Part shown: in pieces, positions 1 to 8,300 of the stretch | How the letters are laid out: each line of letters opens with the position of its first letter | How positions within the stretch are numbered: the stretch's first letter is position 1 | Assembly: GCA_004356215.1 (NCBI GenBank) | Contig: SMXR01000032.1 | Location: 1 to 43,320 of the forward strand | Source: Alphaproteobacteria bacterium | Lineage (GTDB): Bacteria > Pseudomonadota > Alphaproteobacteria > Sphingomonadales > SMXR01 | DNA length: 43,320 nt | Direction: 5' to 3' | The notes under the pieces: generated by a model | What the model was told of the DNA's origin: nothing | The model's database searches: none | What the model saw: only the letters and a program-made list of their open reading frames with translations | Translations under genes and position numbers: made by a program

Positions 1-1021
1 AATCCGGCCAGCGAGAGAAAATGATTTGGAAGCGATTTATGCCCTGTCGGTGGCCGCTGGCGCTGGCCTGACCACCTTGCCGACATCCAGGAAACGTCTA
101 ATCTCCGCTATCAATTGGTCGGAAGAAAGTTTCAAAAAAGAAGTTAAGGCCCCTGGGATTGAATACTATTTCCTGGTGCTGGAGGATACTGAGGCGGGAA
201 AAATTGCTGGCACCACCGGGGTGTTCGCAACCGTCGGCCTGAAAAACCCGTTTTATAATTTTGAGATCAAGACCGAACGCCACCATTCCGACGACCCCGA
301 CGTTGACACCAAAACCCGCTCGCTTCATTTGGGCACCCCCTATAAGGGCGCTGCCGAGCTTGGCACTTTGTTTTTGCATAAAGATTTCCGGTTTGGTGGC
401 AATGGTACGCTGTTGTCAAAATCGCGCTACATGCTGCTGGCGGCCTACCCCGGGCGGTTTAATCATAGGGTGATGGCAGAGATCAGGGGCTGGGTTGATG
501 AGACCGGTGCCTCGCCGTTCTGGGAAGCCATAGCCCGGCACTTTTTCAAGATGGACCTGGCCGAGGCCGACCGCCTCAACAGCTTGGGTAATTACCAGTT
601 TATTGCTGACCTGATGCCGCGCCATCCGATTTATATCGAAATGCTGCCGAAAAGCGCGCAAGAGGTCATTTCCATACCCCATGTGGAATCAGCGCCGGCC
701 CAGAGGCTTGTCGAAAGCGAAGGGTTCCAGGTCAGTAATTTCATCGATATTTTTGACGGCGGTCCGTGCCTGGAAGCCCGGCTTCCGGAAATTCGGGCGG
801 TAAAGGAAAGCAGCAATGCCGAAGTGGAATATGTTGCCGAGGATGACTGCCAGGGGCGCTACCTGATCGCCAATCCCGAATTGCAAGATTTCCGGGTTAC
901 CCAGGGACCGGTCAAGGAAATCAAGGGCGGGAGGATCGGGATCCCGGCGAAAACCGGAGAAGCCCTGGGTATCAAGCCCGGTGAGAATGTGCGTTTTGTC
1001 ACCCTGAAAAGGAACACCTGA
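1..1021 (+). CDS. astA: Arginine N-succinyltransferase (AST pathway step 1); 5' end truncated by the window edge
   Basis: The ORF track starts at a TTG (nt 26), but the frame is open back to nt 2 (IRPAREND-LEAIYAL...). This is collinear with the AstA N-terminus (E. coli MMVIRPVERSD..., recalled). The rest is AstA-like throughout (LFLHKDFR..GNG.LLSKSR, LMPRHPIYIEML, IDIFDGGP). The true start is probably 1-3 codons left of the window. Confidence 0.85.
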   Translation, partial: IRPARENDLEAIYALSVAAGAGLTTLPTSRKRLISAINWSEESFKKEVKAPGIEYYFLVLEDTEAGKIAGTTGVFATVGLKNPFYNFEIKTERHHSDDPDVDTKTRSLHLGTPYKGAAELGTLFLHKDFRFGGNGTLLSKSRYMLLAAYPGRFNHRVMAEIRGWVDETGASPFWEAIARHFFKMDLAEADRLNSLGNYQFIADLMPRHPIYIEMLPKSAQEVISIPHVESAPAQRLVESEGFQVSNFIDIFDGGPCLEARLPEIRAVKESSNAEVEYVAEDDCQGRYLIANPELQDFRVTQGPVKEIKGGRIGIPAKTGEALGIKPGENVRFVTLKRNT

Positions 1022-1023
1022 GC

Positions 1024-2496
1024 ATGATTGAAGGCAAAAACTATATCGGCGGAAAATGGGTTCAAGGTTTGGGAGATGAATTCACCTCGGAAAACCCGGC
1101 CACCGGAAAGGTAATCTGGCGCGGCAATGAAGCAACCGCCAAGGAGGTAAACGGCGCTTTTGATACGGCGCACGAAGCTTACCTGGGCTGGCGCAAAATG
1201 CCGCTTGAAGGACGCATTAAACGCCTGCGCGCCTATACCAAGGTGATTGAGGATAACAGGGATAAGCTGGCCCGGGTCATATCCAATGAAACCGGCAAGG
1301 TGCTGTGGGATGCGATTAGCGAAGTGGCGGCAGTGATCGGCAAGGTGGAAAACTCTATCCGGGCTTACGGCGAGCGAACGCCAACCCGGGAGGGCACTCT
1401 GGGGGCCTTAAGAACCCGGCTGACCCACAAGCCCCATGGCGTCATGGGGGTGATCGGGCCGTATAATTTCCCCTGTCATCTGGCCAATGGCCATATCGTC
1501 CCGGCGCTGCTGGCCGGCAATACCGTTGTTTTCAAGCCGAGTTCGTGGACGCCGTGGTCGGCCGAGATGATGATTGGCCTGATGCATCAGGCGGGCATCC
1601 CGGAAGGGGTGGTCAACCTGGTCCAGGGCGGCCGCGATGTCGGCCAGGCAATCCTGGGCCATCCCAACCTGAAAGGGTTGTTGTTCACCGGCGGGGTACC
1701 GACCGGAAAACTTTTTGCCAAGGCCCTGGCCGAACGGCTTGAAGTGATCGTGGCGCTTGAGCTTGGTGGCAATAACCCGCTGATCGTCTGGGACGCCGAA
1801 GACCTGGACGCGGCAGCGATCATCACCATCCAGTCGGCCTATATTTCCGCGGGCCAGCGCTGTACCTGCGCGCGCCGCCTGATCGTTCCCGATAATGAAT
1901 ATGGCAAAAAAGTCATCGCCGCCGTGCAAAAAGCGATCAAGGGCGTTGAAGTGGGACTGCCCGATGCCGACCCGCAGCCCTTTATGGGGTCGCTGATTTC
2001 GGAAGGCGCCGCTAGTGCGGCGCTCGACCGCCAGGCCGAGCTGGAAGGCCAGGGCGGTGTAGTTTTGGCGCGCGCGGAACGCCTGACAATTGGGCCTGCA
2101 TTTATTTTGCCATCGCTGATTGATGTCACCGACATTACCGACCGCTCGGATGAAGAATGTTTCGGGCCGTTGTTACAGGTGATCCGGGTCAAGGATTTCG
2201 ATGCTGCCTTGAGCGAAGCCAACGACACAAACTTTGGCCTCGCCGCCGGGATTTTGACCGATAACAAGGCACTTTATGAAACCTTTTATGCCGAGATCGA
2301 AGCCGGCGTCGTCAACTGGAACCAACCCTTGCCCGGGGCCTCATCAGCGGCCCCGTTTGGCGGCTTGAAGGACAGCGGTAACCATCGTCCGGCGGCCTAC
2401 TATGCCGCCGATTACGCTGCCTGGCCGATGGCCAGCCTTGAAAACCCGGAAAATAAACTGACTCGCCCGGCGCTGCCCATTGGATTGAAAATATGA
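1024..2496 (+). CDS. astD: N-succinylglutamate 5-semialdehyde dehydrogenase
   Basis: 490-aa aldehyde dehydrogenase with catalytic Glu/Cys motifs ELGGNNP and SAGQRCTCARRL. It starts 2 nt after the astA stop and overlaps the astB start by ATGA. The position between astA and astB is as in known AST operons. Confidence 0.85.
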   Translation: MIEGKNYIGGKWVQGLGDEFTSENPATGKVIWRGNEATAKEVNGAFDTAHEAYLGWRKMPLEGRIKRLRAYTKVIEDNRDKLARVISNETGKVLWDAISEVAAVIGKVENSIRAYGERTPTREGTLGALRTRLTHKPHGVMGVIGPYNFPCHLANGHIVPALLAGNTVVFKPSSWTPWSAEMMIGLMHQAGIPEGVVNLVQGGRDVGQAILGHPNLKGLLFTGGVPTGKLFAKALAERLEVIVALELGGNNPLIVWDAEDLDAAAIITIQSAYISAGQRCTCARRLIVPDNEYGKKVIAAVQKAIKGVEVGLPDADPQPFMGSLISEGAASAALDRQAELEGQGGVVLARAERLTIGPAFILPSLIDVTDITDRSDEECFGPLLQVIRVKDFDAALSEANDTNFGLAAGILTDNKALYETFYAEIEAGVVNWNQPLPGASSAAPFGGLKDSGNHRPAAYYAADYAAWPMASLENPENKLTRPALPIGLKI

Positions 2497-3836
2497 GCGC
2501 GGTCGAAGCAAATTTCGACGGCCTGATCGGCCCGACCCACAATTACGCCGGATTATCCTTCGGCAACCTAGCTTCGGCGAAGAATGCCGATTTGGCGGCT
2601 AACCCCAAAGAGGCGGCGCTGCAGGGCCTGAAGAAAATGAAACACCTGGCCGGCCTTGGCCTGATCCAAGGGGTTTTGCCGCCCCATGACCGGCCCCACC
2701 TGCCGACTTTACGGGCCCTGGGGTTTTCCGGCAGCGACCGGGAGATCATAGCAAAGGCCGCCAAAGCGGCGCCCGAAGTTTTGCGCAATGTTTATGCAGC
2801 GTCGGCGATGTGGACCGCCAATTCCGCCACGGTTGCGCCAAGCGCCGACAGCGCCGATGGCAAAGTGCATTTTACCCCGGCCAATCTGGCGGCGATGTTT
2901 CACCGCGCCATAGAGCATAAAACCACCGCACGGGTTTTGCAGACTATTTTTGCTGACGAAAATCTTTTTCAGCACCACCCGGCGTTGGCTGGGGGCATTC
3001 ACTTTAGCGACGAAGGCGCGGCCAACCACAATCGCTTTTGTTCCGATTATGGAAACGAGGGGCTTAACCTGTTTGTCTATGGCCGGACGGCATTTGATAA
3101 GGGCGTAGCCCCGAAAAAATTCCCGGGCCGGCAAACATTGGAAGCTTCGAAGGCCATCGCCCGCAATCATCAGCTCAACCCGGACCGGGTGCATTTCGTC
3201 CAGCAAAACCCGAAGGCGATCGATGCCGGCGCGTTCCACAACGATGTAATGGCGGTCGCCAACAAAAACGTTTTCTTTTATCACGAGGAAGCATTTCTTG
3301 ATCCCAGCCGGCTGATCGGCCGGTTACAGGAAAAGGCCCCTGATATAGAGCTGCACTTTATTGAGGTGCCCAAAGACCTGGTCTCACTTGAGGATGCGGT
3401 TAAATCCTACCTGTTTAATTCGCAGTTGATCTCGGTTCCCGGGCGCGAGGGTCCGACCCTGATTTTACCCCTGGAGGCCAGGGAAACCGAAAGCACCAAA
3501 AAGTATCTCGATGGTTTGATCAAAATGAACGAATACCAGCCGATCGAGGATGTCGAATTTCTTGATGTCCGGCAAAGCATGCGTAACGGCGGCGGCCCGG
3601 CGTGCCTGAGGTTGCGCATAGTCTTGACCGAAAAAGAGCAGGCCGCGGTTGGCGCCAATGTCATAATGAATGATGCGCTTTACCGCGATTTGACCGCTTG
3701 GGTAGAAAAACACTACCGCGACCGGGTGGTGCCGGATGATTTGGCGGATCCGGATTTTTGCCAGGAAAACCTGACCGCGGTCGATACTTTAACCGGGATA
3801 TTGAAACTCGGTTCGGTGTTTGATTTTCAGCGATAA
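2493..3836 (+). CDS. astB: N-succinylarginine dihydrolase
   Basis: N-terminus [25 protein letters not shown] matches AstB (E. coli [25 protein letters not shown], recalled). It is 447 aa and carries the C-terminal [11 protein letters not shown] Cys motif. Confidence 0.9.
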   Translation: [447 protein letters not shown]

Positions 3837-3907
3837 AATTGGGGGTTCAAAAGCCGCCGCAATACCGCTAAGGTGGCGCCCGAAATTAGCTTGAAAAGAG
3901 GGGAGTT

Positions 3908-4990
3908 ATGAAACAAATCCTGCTTCTGGGCGGTGGTATAATAGGCGAAATGATTGCCGACCTGCTGGCTTCCTCAGGCGACTATACCGTCACCGTTGCC
4001 GACAACAGTAAAAAAAACCTGGAGAAATTTTCCGGGCAAAAAAATGTTGAAACCCTGGTCCTTGATTTCTCCAAAAGCGCTGATGTTATCAAAGCCATGG
4101 CCGGCCAATTCGCCGCCCTCTCAGCGGCTCCCTACCAGTTCAACGGCGATCTTGCCACCGCCGCCAAGAAAGCCGGGGTTCATTATCTGGACCTGACCGA
4201 AGACGTCAAAAGCACCAAACTGGTCAAGGACCTGGCCAAGGATGCCAATTCGGCCTTTATCCCGCAATGCGGGCTGGCGCCGGGGTTTATTTCGATCGTC
4301 GCTTTTGGATTGGCGCAGCGCTTTGATTCCCTAAGAGACGTGCGTCTGCGCGTCGGCGCGCTGGCGCAGTTCCCATCCAATGCCCTTAAATATAACCTGA
4401 CCTGGTCAACCGATGGCCTGATCAACGAATACATCAAGCCCTGTGAAGCGTTGATCAACGGCGAGATGAAGGAAGTGCCGGCCCTCGAGGGCCTCGAGAC
4501 CTTCACCCTCGATGGCGTTGAATACGAAGCCTTCAATACCTCGGGCGGGATCGGCACCCTGGCCGAAACGCTAAACGGCAGTGTCCGCAACCTCAATTAC
4601 CGCACGGTACGCTATCCTGGTCACCGCGACATTATCAAGCTGTTGATCCAGGATTTACGCCTCGGTGAGCGCCCCGAGCTGTTGAAAGAAATTTTTGAAT
4701 ACGCGATCCCAGCGACCAAGCAGGATCTGGTGCTGATTTATGTCACCATTACCGGAGAAAAGGAGGGCCGGTTGATGCAGGAAACCTACACCAACAAAAT
4801 CTATGCCCGTGAAATTAATGGCGAAATCCGGAGCGCCATCCAGATCACCACCGCCTCTGCGATTTGCGCGGTGCTTGATTTGCTGGCCGCCGGCAAAATC
4901 AAGGACAAGGGCCTGGTGCGCCAGGAGGATATTTCCTTTGACGACTTTATCACCAACCGCTTTGGCGCCAATTTCGCCGCCCAAAGTTAG
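3908..4990 (+). CDS. Saccharopine dehydrogenase family NAD(P)-binding protein (lysine 6-dehydrogenase-like)
   Basis: 360 aa. N-terminal Rossmann motif LLLGGGIIGEMIA. C-terminal blocks EAFNTSGGIGTL and YRTVRYPGH are typical of the Sacchrp_dh/LysDH family. GAGGGGAG RBS upstream of ATG 3908. Confidence 0.7.
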   Translation: MKQILLLGGGIIGEMIADLLASSGDYTVTVADNSKKNLEKFSGQKNVETLVLDFSKSADVIKAMAGQFAALSAAPYQFNGDLATAAKKAGVHYLDLTEDVKSTKLVKDLAKDANSAFIPQCGLAPGFISIVAFGLAQRFDSLRDVRLRVGALAQFPSNALKYNLTWSTDGLINEYIKPCEALINGEMKEVPALEGLETFTLDGVEYEAFNTSGGIGTLAETLNGSVRNLNYRTVRYPGHRDIIKLLIQDLRLGERPELLKEIFEYAIPATKQDLVLIYVTITGEKEGRLMQETYTNKIYAREINGEIRSAIQITTASAICAVLDLLAAGKIKDKGLVRQEDISFDDFITNRFGANFAAQS

Positions 4991-4998
4991 AAATCATC

Positions 4999-6657
4999 TT
5001 GGCCAAGCAATTATATACTGGCGGAATGGCCGTTGTTGACGCGCTCATTGCCCATGGGGTGGATCACGCCTTTTGCGTTCCCGGCGAAAGCTACCTGCCG
5101 GTCCTGGATGCGCTTTATGATGTAAAAGATAAAATAAACCTGATCACCTGCCGTCACGAATCCGGCGCCGCCAACATGGCAGACGCCCACGGCAAGCTGA
5201 CCGGCAGGCCCGGCATTTGCCTGGTGACGCGGGGGCCGGGCGCGTCCAACGCCGCTATCGGAGTTCATACCGCGATGCAGGATTCAACCCCGATGATTTT
5301 GCTGGTCGGCCAGGTTGCCAGCCACCAGTTGGGCCGGGAAGCCTTCCAGGAAGTTGAATACCGCGAGATGTTCAAGCCGTTGGCCAAATTGGTGGTGCAA
5401 ATCGATAACGCGGGCGACATTGCCACAGTCATGACCAAGGCATTCCACATTGCCACATCCGGGCGCATGGGCCCGGTGGTGGTGGCCCTGCCGGAAGATA
5501 TTTTAAGCAGCGGGTGTGAAAGGCAGGACATCAAACCGCTGGCCCCGGACCAGGCCTCGCCCACAGCGGACGACCTTGCCGCCCTGGGATCGCTGTTGGA
5601 GCAGGCCGAACGCCCTTTAATCATTTTGGGCGGATCAGGCTGGACCAGGGACGCGGTAAAAAATTTCCGGGCCTTTGCCGGGCGCGAAGGGCTGCCGGTC
5701 GGCTGCGCCTTCCGGTTCCAGGACCTGTTGGATCCCAGGTCGGACAATTATGTCGGCGATATCGGCATCGGCATCAATCCAAAGCTGGCAGCCCTGGTCA
5801 AGGAGGCCGACGTCATCCTGGCGTTGGGGCCCAGGCTGGGGGAGATGACAACCTCGGGATATACCCTGATTAAGCCGCCCAAGCCTGAGCAAACCCTGGT
5901 CCATGTTCATGCCGGCAAGGAAGAACTCGGCAAGGTTTATCAGGCCGATCTTGGCATCCATTCCAGCCCGGCGAATTTTGTCAGCGCCCTCAAGGGCCTG
6001 AAACTTGGCCGCAAAAAAGACTGGGCGGGCTGGCTTGAAGGGGGGCGGAAAAATTATCTCGACTGGTCAACCCCGAACACCCATCCGGGGCCGGTGCAAT
6101 TGGCCGAACTTTACCGCTATCTGCGTGAGACCTTGCCGGACGACGCCATTTTGACCAATGGCGCCGGGAATTACACCGCCTGGCTGCACCGGTTTTATCA
6201 TTACCGAGATTTTAACACCCAGGTGGCGCCGACCTCGGGCGCCATGGGGTACGGCGTCCCGGCGGCGATTGGCGCCAAAATTATTGAACCGGACCGGGTG
6301 GTGGTGAGCATTTCCGGCGACGGCTGTTTTTTGATGACCGGCCAGGAACTGGCGACCGCCGCGCTTTACAAGGTGCCGGTCATTTTTCTGGTTTTTAATA
6401 ATTCCATGTATGGCACCATCCGCATGCACCAAGAGCGCGACTATCCTGGACGGGTGTTGGGAACCGGCTTGAAAAACCCGGATTTCGTCGGGTATGCAAA
6501 AAGCTTCGGGATTGCCGGTTGGCTGGCCACGACCAACGATGAATTCGAGGCCGCGTTTGCAGCCGCCCTTGCCAGCGGCGCACCAGCCCTGATAGAAATC
6601 ACGGTGGAGCAAGAGGCGATCAGCCCGGCAACGACATTATCAGATTTGAAAAAATAG
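4999..6657 (+). CDS. Thiamine-diphosphate-dependent enzyme (acetolactate synthase large subunit / 2-oxoacid decarboxylase-like)
   Basis: 552 aa. N-terminal Pyr domain (GGMAVVDALIAHGVDHAFCVPGESYLPVLDAL). ThDP-binding motif GDGCFLM...NNSMYGTI near the C-terminus. The TTG start at 4999 is 8 nt after the upstream stop (start uncertain; the next ATG is 5026). Confidence 0.8.
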   Translation: MAKQLYTGGMAVVDALIAHGVDHAFCVPGESYLPVLDALYDVKDKINLITCRHESGAANMADAHGKLTGRPGICLVTRGPGASNAAIGVHTAMQDSTPMILLVGQVASHQLGREAFQEVEYREMFKPLAKLVVQIDNAGDIATVMTKAFHIATSGRMGPVVVALPEDILSSGCERQDIKPLAPDQASPTADDLAALGSLLEQAERPLIILGGSGWTRDAVKNFRAFAGREGLPVGCAFRFQDLLDPRSDNYVGDIGIGINPKLAALVKEADVILALGPRLGEMTTSGYTLIKPPKPEQTLVHVHAGKEELGKVYQADLGIHSSPANFVSALKGLKLGRKKDWAGWLEGGRKNYLDWSTPNTHPGPVQLAELYRYLRETLPDDAILTNGAGNYTAWLHRFYHYRDFNTQVAPTSGAMGYGVPAAIGAKIIEPDRVVVSISGDGCFLMTGQELATAALYKVPVIFLVFNNSMYGTIRMHQERDYPGRVLGTGLKNPDFVGYAKSFGIAGWLATTNDEFEAAFAAALASGAPALIEITVEQEAISPATTLSDLKK

Positions 6658-6672
6658 GATTTGGAGAAAAAT

Positions 6673-8172
6673 ATGAACGCGAATGATTGCCTGAAATCAC
6701 TGGGGCTTGATGCCAAGCAGTTTGAGACCGGTGACCTTGAGGTCAAAAGCCCGATTGATGGCGAAGTTATCGGCCGCGTCCAACAGGACACCGCTGAAAC
6801 CCTGGATAAAAAAATAGCCAAGGCGGCAGCCGCGTTCGAGGTCTGGAAATCTGTGCCAGCCCCGGAACGTGGTGAACTGGTTCGCCTGCTGGGGGAGGAG
6901 CTCAGAACCCACAAGGCGGCTCTCGGTCGCTTGGTGACGCTAGAGAACGGCAAGCTGTTGCAAGAGGGCCTCGGTGAGGTACAGGAAATGATCGACATTT
7001 GCGATTTTGCCGTCGGCCTGTCACGCCAGCTTTACGGCCTGACCATTCAATCCGAACGTGCCGGCCACACCATGCGGGAAAACTGGCACCCGCTTGGCGT
7101 CGTCGGGGTCATTAGCGCTTTTAACTTTCCGGTCGCGGTCTGGGCATGGAACGCGGCGCTGGCGTTTGTTTGTGGCGATCCGGTGATCTGGAAACCGTCA
7201 GACAAGACGCCGCTGACCGCGATTGCGACCCAGCACCTGTTTGAGGTCGCGGCCAAAAAATTCGGTAAAGCCCCCGATGGACTTTCACAGTTGGCAATTT
7301 GCGGCCGCAAGATCGCCGCGGCCATGGTTGAAGATAAGCGGGTAGCCTTGATCAGCGCCACCGGGTCAACCGCGATGGGCCGGATCGTTGGCCCGACGGT
7401 GGCCAAACGCTTCGGCAGTACCATCCTTGAGCTTGGCGGCAATAACGCCATCATCGTGGCACCAACCGCCGACCTCGACCTGGCGCTGCGCGGCATCCTG
7501 TTCGGCGCCGTCGGCACCTGCGGCCAGCGCTGCACCTCAACCCGGCGGCTGGTGGTTCATGAAGATATTTATGGCACCCTGGTGCCCGACCTTAAAAAAG
7601 CCTATGCCAGCATCACCATCGGCAATCCCCTGGAAGACGGGGTTCTGGTTGGCCCCTTGATCGATGAAGGGGCTTTCGTTGATATGGAAGCTGGCCTTAA
7701 ACAAGCCGCATCCGAGGGCGGGGAAATCACTGGTGGTGGACGCGTACTCAAGAATGAGTTTCCGAACGCCTATTATGTAAACCCGGCCATTGTTGAAATG
7801 GAAAAGCAAAGCGATATTGTTCACAATGAAACCTTTGCGCCGATCCTTTACATAATGAAATATAAAAATTTCGAGGATGCGATTGCCATCCAAAACGCTG
7901 TGCCCCAGGGTCTGTCTTCTGCAATTTTCACCAACGATGTTCGGGAAGCCGAGCGTTTCACCTCGGCGACGGGCAGCGATTGCGGTATTGCCAATGTTAA
8001 TATTGGCACTTCGGGGGCCGAGATCGGCGGCGCTTTCGGTGGCGAAAAAGAAACCGGGGGCGGACGTGAATCAGGGTCTGATTCATGGAAAGCCTACATG
8101 CGCCGGTCAACCTCGACGGTAAACTACACCTCCGACCTGCCACTGGCCCAGGGCATCAAATTCGAGACCTGA
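6673..8172 (+). CDS. ALDH7-type aldehyde dehydrogenase (alpha-aminoadipic semialdehyde / piperideine-6-carboxylate dehydrogenase-like, AmaB-like)
   Basis: Collinear with ALDH7A1/antiquitin as I recall it: GEVQEMIDICDFAVGLSR, ISAFNFPVAVWAWN, ELGGNNAII, GTCGQRCTSTRRL, and the C-terminal SGSDSWKAYMRRSTSTVNYTSDLPLAQGIKF. I prefer ATG 6673 (GGAG 6 nt upstream) over the ORF-track TTG at 6661. Confidence 0.85.
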   Translation: MNANDCLKSLGLDAKQFETGDLEVKSPIDGEVIGRVQQDTAETLDKKIAKAAAAFEVWKSVPAPERGELVRLLGEELRTHKAALGRLVTLENGKLLQEGLGEVQEMIDICDFAVGLSRQLYGLTIQSERAGHTMRENWHPLGVVGVISAFNFPVAVWAWNAALAFVCGDPVIWKPSDKTPLTAIATQHLFEVAAKKFGKAPDGLSQLAICGRKIAAAMVEDKRVALISATGSTAMGRIVGPTVAKRFGSTILELGGNNAIIVAPTADLDLALRGILFGAVGTCGQRCTSTRRLVVHEDIYGTLVPDLKKAYASITIGNPLEDGVLVGPLIDEGAFVDMEAGLKQAASEGGEITGGGRVLKNEFPNAYYVNPAIVEMEKQSDIVHNETFAPILYIMKYKNFEDAIAIQNAVPQGLSSAIFTNDVREAERFTSATGSDCGIANVNIGTSGAEIGGAFGGEKETGGGRESGSDSWKAYMRRSTSTVNYTSDLPLAQGIKFET

Positions 8173-8300
8173 TAACCCCGCAAGGCTGTTTTTAATCATT
8201 TCATCGTGTTTTAGGGGCGCTTCGTCTACAATTTGTTTCGGTTTTGTATTAAAGTGCTAGCCTTGTTTTGGGCTAAAACTATTATTTTGTTTGGGGCACG

